Assembly: GCA_977016875.1 (NCBI GenBank)
Contig: CDRNST010000080.1
Span: 682,001-746,000, forward strand
Length of the DNA stretch: 64,000 nucleotides
Direction of reading: 5' to 3'
Source: Pavona decussata
Taxonomy: Eukaryota
Part shown: positions 38,949-51,741 of the stretch, in pieces
Layout of the letters: the number at the start of each line of letters is the position of its first letter
Numbering within the stretch: position 1 is the first letter of the stretch
Position numbers and translations under genes: made by a program
Notes under the pieces: model-generated
The model's database searches: none
The model's input: only the letters and a program-made list of their open reading frames with translations
What the model was told of the DNA's origin: nothing

Positions 38949-41900
38949 TTAAAAGGCAAACAGACCAGTGCTCAAAGCAAAATTCAAAGCGTACAGGGCT
39001 GCGAATATCATCATAACCACGTTTGCAGAAACGGTAACAGTGGCGCCATTGCAAGGATTCTCGGCTCCCGCGGCTGTGACGCAACAGGCCACGTCACACT
39101 TCGTTATTTTATCTCCATCATCGAGAGAAATTTCTTCCCCATCATCACACTTTTTCTTGTTAGCTTCACAATACTTTTTTGGCTGGCATGTTCTGAACTC
39201 TCCTGTTTTGTCCTGGTCTGTTTTAAAGTTTACCTTCAAGCAAGTGTTGTCATCGCCGGTGCAGTTCACCTTCGTCTGCTTACTAGTGCATTCTTCCTCG
39301 GTTTTTTCATTGCATACGTAGCACTCGAAGGAATAAGCTGTAAACGTATTCAAGACACAATTTTTAGTACGAAAATTGCCATTAATGTTCTCATTTAAAT
39401 ATCCACAGGAAACCCAACGATTTCGTCTATGTGAATGTCTGTTTGGAAGGCCTTAAACGCCTCAGAAATTCAGATTTAGTTTTAAACAAAATCTAAAGTT
39501 TCTTTCGACGAAATGAAAGCTCAAAATTTCGTTTTCGGAGGGCCAAATGACTGGTTAGAAGCGCGGAAAAAGGTCAGCTAGTATTTTCATAAAGCTAACA
39601 GTTGATAAATTCGGGGAATCTGAATTCCTGCCCTAAAACTTTCTGCAAGTTAAATTTTCAGCTAAAGCATCAGAACAGATCAAACTATCTGAGCTTACAC
39701 AAATATGTCTTGAAAAGGGCACGAAACGATGTTGGAGCACAGGAGGCAACAATTTAAGTAATTTACTGAAATGTTCTCGTTGGGTGCCAGCCCCTGTATT
39801 CAGTACTATAGGGACCTTTAGCATTTGATTTTTCAAGGCGACAGCGACGTCTGTGACCGATTAAGACTGGGGTGGAGTCTGCGTTTTACTCGCCGAAATA
39901 GGAAACCTTTAGCTTTTCGCGACGGCAACGTCTTGATCACTTGAGGGCAAAACCCAAAGGCCTAAAAGATGAACTCATTAAAAAGCACACGAAATCGGAA
40001 TTGCCTTTATTTTACTTGGTTATGTAAACAACGTTTCTGTTACTGAGTTTGCCTTTCTTTATGACGCTAACCAATCCAAAAACCCAGATTTTAATCACCA
40101 GCAATACGACCAAACAGTATAAATGATGACAAACAAGAAGCGTAACCGACAAAGGAAACAGAGTGAAGCAAGCAGCGCGTCCTCCAGCGAAGAAAACTCT
40201 CCCGCAGCAAAGAAATCTAATTTGACAGACGCCACGAGGTGCGACATCCCGGCCATCATGTCGGCACAAACGTTACATTCGGTGAGTGAAGAACCAAGTA
40301 TCGGCCAAATATGGCAAGTATTAATGAAAATACAAGCTGATGTTACAACGATATTAAACGACAATCAGGAACTAAGAAAGGACGTGGAAAATTTGAAGAC
40401 CTCGATGCAATTTCACGCTGAAATGGTAGATGCACTCAAAACGCAAAATGAGAAACTTGTTTCAACAAACAACGCTTTACATAGCAAAGTATTTGATTTG
40501 GGAAAGAGAGTGCAAACACTTGAATACGAGCACGATGCCTTAGAGCAATATACGCGTAAATTTAATATCGAAATCCATGGCATTCCAGAATTCGAAGGTG
40601 AAAACCTGCAAGACATTGTCATCAAAACGGGCCAAAGAATGTCAGTAGATGTAACAACCGAGGACATTGACATTGTACATCGACTGTACCGAAAGTCGCC
40701 AGCCATTAAACCCATAATTGTTCGCTTCACTACATACAAGATGAGACGAGAATTTTATAAAGGAAGATTTAATTTAAAAGAAGCGAATACTACAGAGATC
40801 ATCGGGTCAACACAGGGAGATACAGAAGGAAGAATCTTTATAAACGAGAACCTTACACAATACAGACAAAGAATTCTGGCTAAGGCAAGAAAAATGAAAA
40901 GAGCCGATAAGATCAATCGAGTTTGGACTGTGGATGGGAAAATTTTTGTTCGGAAAACTGAGGAGTCCAGACCGCTTAGAATCAGTGAGGCTTGGGAATT
41001 AGAAGAACTGGCAACCTGATTATACTATGACTGTTTACCTCGTATCCTTTAATACCTCATAAGTCGTTGGTGTAAGGAAAAATGAACAGACCTAGATATA
41101 CTACATTATTCAATCATCATCAATTTTTTTTTTTATTAAATTACACGACCGGTTTTCAGGAGGCAAACACACCGTTATTAGACTATGCTTGTTCGATCGC
41201 TCGTCAAACCTTTTTTGTTTACTTGCTATCACATTAGGTCTTTAGTAATTTTAGTTATTATTTGCATTTGTTATATCGTTCTCCTATTTTTCCGTTTTGA
41301 ATATAATCTTTTTTTCCCCTTTAGGTTTACTAGCATCATACATTTAGTTCGAGCAACATCGGCGAATCGTTTGTTTTTAAATTGCTTATTTCTTGCATTT
41401 GTGATTTGCATGTATTTATATTGCCTGCTATCATCTTTTGTCCTGTTGATTAATGGATTCTGCAGTCCCAATATTACTTTCCGCAAGTACGATGTCTTTT
41501 AAGTTGATTTCGCTTAATGTGAAGGGCACAAGCAACTTTAAAAAAAGAAGAACTATTTTTACTTGGTCCCGAAAGCGCAATGCAGACATAACCTTTCTAC
41601 AAGAAACTCATTCCACTGCTGAAACAATTGCTCAATGGAAAAATGAATGGGGCGGAGAGCTTATTGCCTGTCACGGTAGCTCCAATTCACGTGGAGTGGC
41701 AATTTTGATAAAAAACGGTTTTGATTGCCAAATACAGCATACAATCGTGGACCCCATGGGACGATATATAATTTTAAAAGCCGATATAAAAGATTCAAGG
41801 TATGTTTTAATAAATATTTATGCTCCAAACAAAGACAAAGATCAAATAGAATTCGTAAACAATCTACTTGATATATTGAGAAAGGAAAATCTTGACACCG

Positions 41901-44900
41901 AGGAAAAGATAATTATGGGAGGCGATTTTAACTGCCCCCTCAATCCAGCTTGTGATAAAAAAGGAGGAAATCTAAATCAACGAAAATCAGTTGTGGAACG
42001 TATTGACTGTTTACAAAACGAGCTTGATTTAGTAGACATATGGAGAATTAAGAACCCAAACACAAGAAGTTATACGTGGAGCCAAAAATCTCCCAAAATC
42101 TTTTGCCGCTTAGACTATTGGTTAATTTCAAACAATTTAAATGACCTTGTAAAATCAACTGATATTATTCCCGCAATTAGAACAGATCACGATGCAATTA
42201 CTTTAGATATAGAAGAATTGGCAACCGAACTAAGAGTTTCGGGATATTGGAAAATTAACTGCTCTCTGTTAGTTGATGAAGAGTATGTAAAGAGTGTCAC
42301 AGAAATGATCCCAATTTGGACTGCAGAAGGGCAAAAGGAATTGTCAGACGACCGCTCAACCTGGGATTGGATTAAATATAACATTAAACGTCACGCTATT
42401 TCACACTCAAAAAAGAAAGCGAAAGAAAGAGATGTTGAGGAAAAAACTCTTCAAAAGGAACTAAACAAAGCAAAGGAAGCATTAGAAAAAAACACAAGTG
42501 ATTCTAACATTACTCACTATCACACAATCCGAGAAAAATTAGAGGCGCTCTACGAAGAGAAAACAGAAGGAATAATAATACGTGCACGTGCTCGATGGCA
42601 TGAACACGGAGAAAAAAGTACTAAATATTTCTTGAATCTGGAAAAAAGGAATTACGTAAAGAAACACATACGAAAACTTTACATAAACGGTGCTGTTAAT
42701 ACGGATCCAATTAGCATTCTGAAGGAACAAGAGCGTTTCTATCATAATTTGTATAAAGCTGGTAACAATGATCCGAATATTGTGTTAAAAAGACTCGCTT
42801 TTTTGAGTGAATTAAATATTCCAAAACTTTCTGAGGAACAGAAAATCACATGCGAGGGTAAAATTACATCCGAGGAATGTTTTCGCCTTCTAGATTCTTT
42901 TAACAACAACAAAACACCAGGGAATGATGGCATCCCTATTGAATTCTATAGAAAGTTCTGGCCTCTAATTGGTGATAGTTTTATAAGATGTGTAAATGAG
43001 TGCTTTGATAAAGGTGAGATGTCCTCATCCCAAAAACAAGCAGTTATTACTCTAATTGAGAAGAAAGGAAAAGACCGTGCATTCCTTGAAAACTGGCGTC
43101 CAATTTCGCTAGTCAACGTAGATGCAAAAATAATGTCCAAAGTAATCGCTTCGAGAATTAAAAATGTGTTACCAGAGATTATTCATCACAATCAAACAGG
43201 ATTCGTTAAAGATCGTTATATAGGCGAAACAATTCGATCTATCTATGATATAATGGATTATACTGTTGAAGAGAATATTCCAGGACTAATGATTTTTATT
43301 GATTTTGAAAAAGCGTTTGATAGCGTGGAATGGGACTTTCTTTTCGAATGTCTTGAATCCTTTAATTTCGGACCTAACTTTCTTAACTGGGTTAAAACTT
43401 TTTATAAAAACATACAGAGCTGTACTATAAATAATGGAACTGCTTCAAATTATTTTGTGCTTGAACGCGGAGTCCGGCAAGGTGATCCACTCTCGCCGTA
43501 TCTTTTTATAGTAGTTGTGGAAACTCTTGCAATTGCCATTCGTCAAAATAAGGAGATAAAAGGAATCTCTATCGAGAATGAGGAAACAAAGCTATTGCAA
43601 TACGCGGATGACACTACTGCAGTGCTCTCGGATATGAACTCGGCCAAAAGTTTATTTGAATTGTTGGACATTTTCAAGGACATTTCGGGCCTTAAAATTA
43701 ATTGCACAAAAACTGAGGGTATGTGGATCGGAGCATCCAAAGAAAATAAAACAACCTTTTGGAATTAGATGGCCTATGGAACCAATAAAAGCTCTCGGAG
43801 TATACTTCACTTATGACCTAAAACTGCTCAAAGAAAAGAATTTCATCGAAAGACTGGATAGTATTAAAAAACTGATAAACATTTGGTCTTCCAGAGGTCT
43901 TTCAATCCTTGGTAAAGTGACAATAATAAAATCCTTTCTAATTCCCAAATTTGTTTATGTATGCTCACTCCTGCCAACACCCAATGAGCTGGTGAAACAA
44001 TTAAATCAATTGCTATTCAAATTCTTATGGAATGGAACAGATAAAGTAACGCGTGTGTCAACAATAAATGATTATGGGGAAGGTGGACTAAAAATGATTG
44101 ATTTAGAAAGCATGGTTAAAGCTTTGAGATTGGCATGGCTTAAACGAATATTCAACGCAAACGATGGGACATGGAAGCGGTACTTACAACACCAATTGAA
44201 AACAGTTGGAGGACTGTTCTTTTTAAATTGTAACTATGACGTTAAGGATTATACATTCACTTCCCAGTTTTATCGAGAGCTTCTTCTGTGGTGGTCACAA
44301 TTTCGCGACAGTTTCGCTACTGACATAAATTGGACAAATATTATTTGGAATAATAAAGAAATAAGAATAGATAAAAAGCCCATTTTTTACAAAAATTTCT
44401 ATGACTCCGGATTTATTTACATACGTGATCTCCGACTTGATTTGAATATCAACGATTCCTTTAGTTACGTTTCAAATAAAATTGGAAAAATTAGCATTCT
44501 ACAGTGGGCGGGCCTTCGACACTCAATACCTGATTTCTTAAAAAATACGCGTGATCAAATCCACCCACTAACGCCTTCTTCGCTTCAGATAAATAACAGC
44601 ATTTTTGATGTGAAAAAGAAGAAATCGAAAGATTACTATTCGTTATTTGTTGCGAAGAAATCACGGCCACCTAATATTGTTCATAAGTGGAAAGGCGATT
44701 TTAATATATCAGATGATTTATTGAAAGAATCTTTCATTTTGCCTCACGCTGTTGCACTCGAATCGTACGTTAAGGCCTTTCAGTATAAAATTCTCAATAA
44801 TATACTCTACACAAACGCGAAATTATGCAAAATTGGTTTTAGAGTTGACGAATTATGCACCTTCTGCGAAACTGAGCGAGAAACACTATATCACCTACTT

Positions 44901-47900
44901 TATCAATGCACTTATGCTTGGCAGTTTTGGAACGAGTTTGAATTGTATTGGCACCGCTTGTCAAATCAGGTGGTTCACCTGACTTTGGAAAATGTCTTAT
45001 TCGGAATACTTTCAACACCATGCCCTTCACATATGCTGCTTAATTACTTTATTATCATTGGAAAACTGTTTTTGTGGGACTGTAGAAGAACACAAATACA
45101 TCCTAAAATACAAGGTTTTCAGAACACGATAGCTATCAAATATAATATTGAAAGAAAAATAAGTAAGAAAAAGTTTTATGAAAAGAAATGGATATTCAAA
45201 TGAGAAGAAATTGATAACTACGTGAAAAGTCTTTAAAGCTGATTCGCCTAATCTACTATTCTTTTTTTTTTTATCTGATGTTGCTCGGTTTAATTGGTTT
45301 AATTGGTTTAATTGGTTTATTTAGTTAAATTAGTTGAATTATTATTATTATTTGAATTATTTGATTTGTTTAAAAATAGAAATGGGGTAACTGTGCAAAA
45401 TGTATCAATTGTTATTATTTTAACCTATATATAACATTGTCAATGAAATAGTAACTGCTCTGTAAATGATAAATTTCAATAAATATTATATATAAAAAAA
45501 AAAAAAAAAAAAAAATACGACCCGTTCATTCAGCCGAATGTAAACAGCAATGCCAGTAGCTGCCTCCTGCTCTCTATTCTTGGACTTGAATTCTCGTCGA
45601 AGCAATTCCCAGCGTTCTCTAACTCCTCTTTTATCTTTGATTCGAAACTGTGGCGAATATCTGATTTAACTTTTCAGCTTTCAAATCCCACGCGTTCCCC
45701 GGCTGAAGCTTCCTTTCTTGAAGGAAAATACATCGCTGACAATAATTTCTCTGAACATCAACACGTCGTGTTGGTCGGTCCACTCCATCGGCGCTCTATA
45801 TAAATAAAGAATAAAACAGGAATGATGAAACAAAATTGATTGCCGCCGTACATTTGAGTTCCGTCAGTGCTGAGCTTTCGTTCTGCAAGGCCGTGAGTTC
45901 AGTAAAACTTCAGCAAGCTGCTTGACACCACCGAGCTTTTCTAATCAACATCATTTTCACTTTGTTGTTATCGTAACGACGTCAAGATTGTGGAAAGTCG
46001 TAATGCTCTCATGGTTACTCGAAGCCACACCAGCTATTCACCTATAAAGTCATATATCTTTGTAAAAATAGGATTTTGCGTAAACTTACTTGTGAATGAA
46101 CTTACTTTAATACAAGCTGTTTGCCATCGTTCGCACTCCCAGCCATGCCATAGACCTGAAAGTAACACGAACAGTTTGAACCGATTATTTAGCCTAAAAG
46201 CAAACTTATATTTCAATTCCATGTTGCCTAGTCTGTGTTGAAGCTTTCGGAAACGAAATAAGGGTGAAATGGAAGATAAATACTGTATAAAAGAAAAAAA
46301 TGTACTCACGTTTTGTAGACAACGTGAACCTTGCTGTTCTCACGTCCGCGCGGAGAGAGGACAGCTGCCAGTCAAAATGTGAAACGTCTACCAGAAATAA
46401 AACTGACTCCCGGTCGCCGTAGCCGTCGCAAAAATCTGAGTTGCTAAAGGTCCCTAATGTGTCATATACAGCTGGATAAAAGTGCAATATTAATGTTTAC
46501 GGTAGAACGGAAGTTATAGTTTGCCTTTATCATGTACTACTTTTAAAGTTTCCTATATGGACTATATGATTTCACGTACTATCTAGCGGGAAAACGTTAA
46601 TATTTACGATACAATTTTAATGGTAGTCCTCGTTCCAACCGACAGACTTAAACCGTATCAAAAAGTCGAAGTTTATTCTCTTTTCTTACATATCTTTGAA
46701 AAGAAAGAAATAAAAAAAAAAACCTGATAAAAGATTAGCTTTTAGAGCTGAAGGACTTGAAGTGAGCTCTGACTAAATCAATAGCTGACTGGTAAAGTGC
46801 GGTGCCATAGCTCTAAACCACAAAACTGCGTCATCACGGACCGGAAAATATGAACTTTGGTCGAGTTTAACAACTAATTAAAGATTTTCAGAAAGATTTT
46901 TGTCTCTCAGCCGAGATTTGACCTCGACTTTTCCTTAACATTGCCTAAACAATAGCCTTTAAAACATTTTTAACGAGCAAGACGGAATCCTCTGTTCACT
47001 TGAATCGTAGCTTAGTGTTTATCGGCTTCCGAACAACCCGACCCAGGGTACTAGCACTTTCCTAAGTGCCCCTTAGTGCCCCTAAGGCAGTTTCTGTTTG
47101 TTCGTTCTGCTCACGCTTTTTCTCCGCGTACACTGATTGGTCCAAATTTCCTTCAGTATGGTAATGCGCGTTACCAGCGATATCGGCTGAATCTTTATTT
47201 CATGTGGAATCCTTTTTGATCTATTAAACAACTGAAATGCTTCCATATGGCGTGTTTAGACATAACTCACATATCGGTAAGACACTCAATCGGTTTATGC
47301 TCCCTTAGCTACAAATTACTTCGGATATCACGATTTTTCAGCGTCGATCCCATGATCATTGCATCGTTCCCAGTAAACAAAGATTCCCGGAAACTGTTTT
47401 CAATAACATGCATAGTTGCTGTTGTGCTTTATACAATGAACTGTGTAAAGCTCGCGTTTTGATTGGTCTAGAGGAGTGTGTGATTAGAGTATAGACGCAC
47501 GATTGACGTCATCGAGTGGTGTGACCGGCGCACGTGATCAGAGTCTAGAGTCCAGCCAGAGCGACTGGTCAACAAAGTTTTGCAAACTGTTTTTGCGAGT
47601 AGCGGACAAACACACGAAAATTTTCTCAGGAAAGGAAAACTGTTCAATAAAAAATTGGACAAAGACCGTTGAGAGTGACTTCAACCATGATAGGAAAGCT
47701 AGAACTTTGTTGTGACGTGAAAAGGAAGCAAATATTTGTCGAAATATGTCGCCGATAGAAATCTGGTAATGGCGAGTAATCGATTACAAATCGCAGTGAA
47801 GCGACTTACATGCTGTAATATTTTGAGGTCAGGATTTCCTTCTGGAATAAAGGTTAGTTTCGAAAATATTGTTAGTGAAATTCTTTCAAATTATACTCTT

Positions 47901-49208
47901 ATTTAAAAGATCACAATTGCATGTGTGTAGTAGTCCAAAACTGAGTTTGCTGGAAAGTTTTTGTCTCAGCTCAGGCAACGCGATGCTCGCTCACGAAATG
48001 TGTTGAAATGTCTTGGTTACTGTATAAAACAAATAGATTCCATTTTGCCGTGGGTCTGTACTCTGATAACGCACAGAGGACGTCAAAACGTGGTGAGAAC
48101 ATCAGTCACGCTACTCGCCTGCGGCTCGTAGCGTACTTCTTTGTTCTCACCACGTTTTGACGTCATCTGTGCGTTATCAGAGTACAGACGCACGGCAAAA
48201 TGGAATCTATTTGTTAAGTAGATTAATATATTTCTGATAAAATAAAACATAATTCTTTTGTACTCAGGTAAACCAGACAATCTTTTGTTAACTCACACGA
48301 GACGTAACCGAAAGACGGCATGTTTCAAACTGTTGCAATTTTTTTTTTTCTTTTTCGTTTTCCCCAAATTTTAATTTGGTATGTTAAAACATCCTGTTTC
48401 GAATTTACTGTGCATATGAAAAAATTATCTTCTCAAAACTGTCTTCAAGTTGTGGCTTTGTTTTCCGGTTGAAAAGTTCCGCTCAGTGCCTAAATTTGCG
48501 TGTCTCAAAGTCTAAAATACATTCCATTCTTCTATATTCGGCTAAACCTGCATGAACCAAACTTCACCATACCAACACTGGGTCAACCCATCAATTTTTT
48601 ATCGGTAGAAATCTGCACGGAAAGCCTTAATGTCCTCAAAAATTCGGATTGAGTTTGTAAAGGAAACCTGAAGTTTTCTTCTTCAAAACAACGTTTTTGT
48701 AACACTGGAGAACTAATTCCCTTGTTTTCGAGGAATAAGTTCCCGCTCTTTAAAACTTTTTGCATTTTAACAGATCAAACTCGATTAGTTTACACTAATA
48801 AGTCTTTAAAAAGGCACAAAACGGTCTGGGAACACAGCAGTCAATATTCTAAGCAATTTGCTTAAATGTTCTCGTTGGGTAACCCTGATACAATGATACA
48901 AATTACATGATCACGGTGGCTGTGTTCGACACCTTTGATGTAGATATTCTCACTTGCTGGTAGCCTGATATTTATATTCTCCACACCCTCCCATAATACG
49001 TATAGCTACATGGAAGGAGGGGCACATGTTAGAAACTTTCAACTCGCCACAACTCAGAAAGAGTAAACAATGGACGCTGCCAAAAAAAAGTGTCGTTGGT
49101 TCATAACCGTTACCAACATTGTTTTGTAAACGGGCACTACATATAAACTCACTCACCTACGAAAATGATTGCGCAGAAAACCAGCAAGACAACGGGAAGA
49201 TTCTTCAT
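38949..49208 (-). CDS. GPI-anchored Ly6/uPAR three-finger protein, copy 1 (exon 1 49208-49157, exon 2 39337-38949; 146 aa)
   Basis: Signal peptide MKNLPVVLLVFCAIIFV with GTGAGT donor (phase 1) and TTTACAG acceptor. LU pattern FECYVC...CC...PCN with 12 Cys; hydrophobic GPI-type tail after NGA. 52+389 nt is in frame. Confidence 0.88.
40123..41019 (+). CDS. LINE ORF1p (coiled coil plus RRM/CTD), 298 aa
   Basis: Heptad-rich region, then LEQYTRKFNIEIHGIPE, IDIVHRL, PIIVRF, IFINENLT, VWTVDGKIFVR. Confidence 0.9.
   Translation: MMTNKKRNRQRKQSEASSASSSEENSPAAKKSNLTDATRCDIPAIMSAQTLHSVSEEPSIGQIWQVLMKIQADVTTILNDNQELRKDVENLKTSMQFHAEMVDALKTQNEKLVSTNNALHSKVFDLGKRVQTLEYEHDALEQYTRKFNIEIHGIPEFEGENLQDIVIKTGQRMSVDVTTEDIDIVHRLYRKSPAIKPIIVRFTTYKMRREFYKGRFNLKEANTTEIIGSTQGDTEGRIFINENLTQYRQRILAKARKMKRADKINRVWTVDGKIFVRKTEESRPLRISEAWELEELAT
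41492..45203 (+). CDS. LINE ORF2p (APE endonuclease, reverse transcriptase, CCHC finger) split by one frameshift near 43750
   Basis: SLNVKG, FLQETH, GGDFN, RLDYWL, TDHD; WRPISL, DFEKAFDSV, GVRQGDPLSP, QYADD; CTFC..ETLYHLLYQC. Frames 41453-43768 and 43656-45203 join at KENKT/PFGIRWP. An upstream ATG at 41453 is an alternative start. Confidence 0.9.
47429..48217. mobile_element. Hairpin-ended non-autonomous element (same family as 2890-3662)
   Basis: Absent in units 2 and 3 (empty site GTTGTGCT|GTAGATT); no TSD visible; palindrome at 48028-48215. Confidence 0.8.
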
Positions 49209-49957
49209 AGTCACAACCTTGACAACTCAGATGCGTCGATTCACTCACCACTGTCGTTCACCGTGCGTAAACAATTCTGAGTAACTAACTGACCTCATCC
49301 TCAAGATACACTGGGTTTAAATTTTGTCCAACTCATTATTACCCGTCCCCTGGCGCTGACGTATTTGCCGCAAAGAGCGGGAAAACAGCGGGCATGAATT
49401 GGTGGGAAAGATGATAAATGCGCAGCGCTGGCAGATCTTGCATCACAAATGGCAGACCAAATTTATACAATCATGTAAGTTTATTGCGTCATAAGAACAG
49501 GTTGGAAACAGAAATGCCTTTTCCCCGGTGTTTTTGGTAACGTGAAGAGTTAGTAGAGTATCTTTGTTACCAATGACCATTAACATACCGGTGTATAAAA
49601 CAGTTACAACTTTCGTACACTGAATATGACGTCAAAAACATGGCAAAGAATCTTCCCGGTGAAGGAAAACTGAGATGATTTACAGGTGTAAGCTGCTTTT
49701 AGTTGAACTGACATTCAATTCTCCAAACTTATTAATAGCGATGTCAGGATAAATAACTAAACTATTCATATCGATCGATATTATCATTTTTATAATGTGC
49801 TGTTTTTCCTTTGCTCGATTTGTTTTGTTTTTTCAATGAGGCAGGTGCAAGGACAATTGCGTGTCTCAAACACACTTCATAAAGTGACCGTCGGACGGTC
49901 GAAACGTCTTTCTTTTTTAACGTTAACTTTTATAGTTAAATCCGTTTTGAAAAATTT

Positions 49958-49974
49958 ATTGATGATGATGATGA

Positions 49975-50048
<74 letters not shown>

Positions 50049-50052
50049 TAAT
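49958..50052. repeat. (GAT)n(ATT)n microsatellite
   Basis: Seen directly in the sequence. Confidence 0.95.
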
Positions 50053-51741
50053 TCTGTTTTTCCCACCACCACCCCAGTGACCAAGATCAAATTTCCTCTT
50101 TGAATATCCCTACTCGATCAAAAAAAGAGATCAAGAGTGTAGGGGAATCATCACACAGATCTCTTGATGATTAAACAAATTCTCTCCGAATTAGTGCCAT
50201 ACTAAATACATAGAGAACAGTGAGGAGAACTTGGCATCAAATCTTAAAGTGTTACTTATTACTCAGTGACTGGTCTCCAGGTAAGTAGTTCATTTTGTTT
50301 TTCCTCGAATCTCTGAAGTGTTTCCTGAGACAAAACCGAGGAAAACATAGATTCGAGGAAAACAGAATTAACTGGTTCACGCCAGAGGGACTGGTCATTA
50401 AGTGATTTGTTAAATTACACAACAAAGATATTGAATAGATCAAACGTGAAAAAACACAAAGAAAACACGCTGAATCTTATGAACAACATCACGCCAACCT
50501 CACGCACTCTAGATGTTCACACAAGCAAAGCAGCTCAATTAAGGGCTTTTGCCGGCAAACAGTTCTTATCTTCAGATGTCATGTGACTATGACGTAGCCC
50601 ATAAATGAGAGTGCTATGGCGGATAAAACTTCAGATTACAGTGAACGAGCTTTCCTGCCTCTCTTTTGCCATTTTTTTACTTAGATGACTTGAAAGTAAA
50701 AAAGAAATGAAAATATTAACGGGGTTAAAAACAAACCCGCATGTTTGCTTTTCCCGTCACAGGTTCAGGAACGTGAATCAAGAATAGTGTACTCGATGGA
50801 GCGGAAGAAGTAGATCCGGTTACATGCCTAGTGACACAAACACCAAAAGCATCTTTTTTTTCACGAACGTTGGCTCCCTGTGACTGTTTCAATAATTCTG
50901 TTCACGTTTTCATGTTATTAAAATAACAGAGGTCACATATACTTAATGCCTTATCGCACGAGTGGATCGCAAGACAGCATGATAAGGCCAATATATATCG
51001 ACTTCCGTAATCTCAACCTTCAAGCGAAACGAACCGGTTCCAAAAAAAAAGTGTCATGCAGCGCGAGATAACCATCAGCAAATTAGTGTATGTAGGAAGT
51101 GTCCAAAGGGGAACCAGTTTGTTTACTGACGAAATGTAGCCTGTGTACAGCCGCCCCCTCCCCTCCGGAAAATGGGGAAGATGGAGCTTGTGCTGCTGTC
51201 CGCTCATTATCAGGCCCGCCTATACAGGTTTGACTGTATAGGGGTGTACTCCTCCTCTCCCGGGGCCAGTAACGATTGAAAGACAAAAGAACTGTGATGA
51301 CTGATGACCTTCAGCGCGAAACTTTCACTAAGTAGTCAGAAGGATGTGATGTTTAACATGCCCTGGGCTTAGGCAAGGGAAACATCTGAGTCCTGCACGG
51401 TATAAATTTTAATTTATTATTATTATTAATTTATTATGCCAGGAGAAAAAAAAGGGTGCTTGTATGTCAGAACTTGAAAAGGTATCTCTTGTTTTAAAAG
51501 CTTTATTACGATAAACAAAACACAATCGAAAATAACAAATAATCAGAACATGAAAGCAACTACTGTTATGCAAACATTTATCATTCGTCATGGTCCGTGC
51601 CGTGCAGGCATCGGTCGATACTATTCTACATAGCGGCTATACACTAATGATGTAGGAGTTGCAAAAAAGCTAGTTATCTGTGGCTCAACTTTATTTTACA
51701 TAATCACAAAAACATTGTAAGTTGCTAGTGCATTAAGTAGA

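Larger units (their letters stand above)
39990..45515 (+). mobile_element. Near-intact full-length L1/Tx1-clade LINE
   Basis: ORF1, spacer, ORF2, 3' UTR, AATAAA at 45477 and poly(A) at 45494-45515. The 5' end is approximate. Confidence 0.93.
39810..46455 (-). mobile_element. PIF/Harbinger-derived DNA element (about 1.1 kb of its own sequence) with decayed Myb/SANT ORF; hosts the L1
   Basis: TIR AGGGACCTTTAGCA / TGCTAAAGGTCCCT, 3-bp flanks TAT/AAT, empty site CAGTACAATGTGTC in units 2 and 3. Positions 45788-45516 encode frameshifted MEWTDQHDVLMFREI..DKRGVRERWELLRREFKSKNREQEAATGI. Confidence 0.8.

Noticed and set aside
41453-45203. Reverse transcriptase as a diversity-generating retroelement acting on the TPR repeats
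   Set aside because: It is a standard APE-RT LINE. There is no template/variable repeat pair, and the TPR variation is not adenine-specific.
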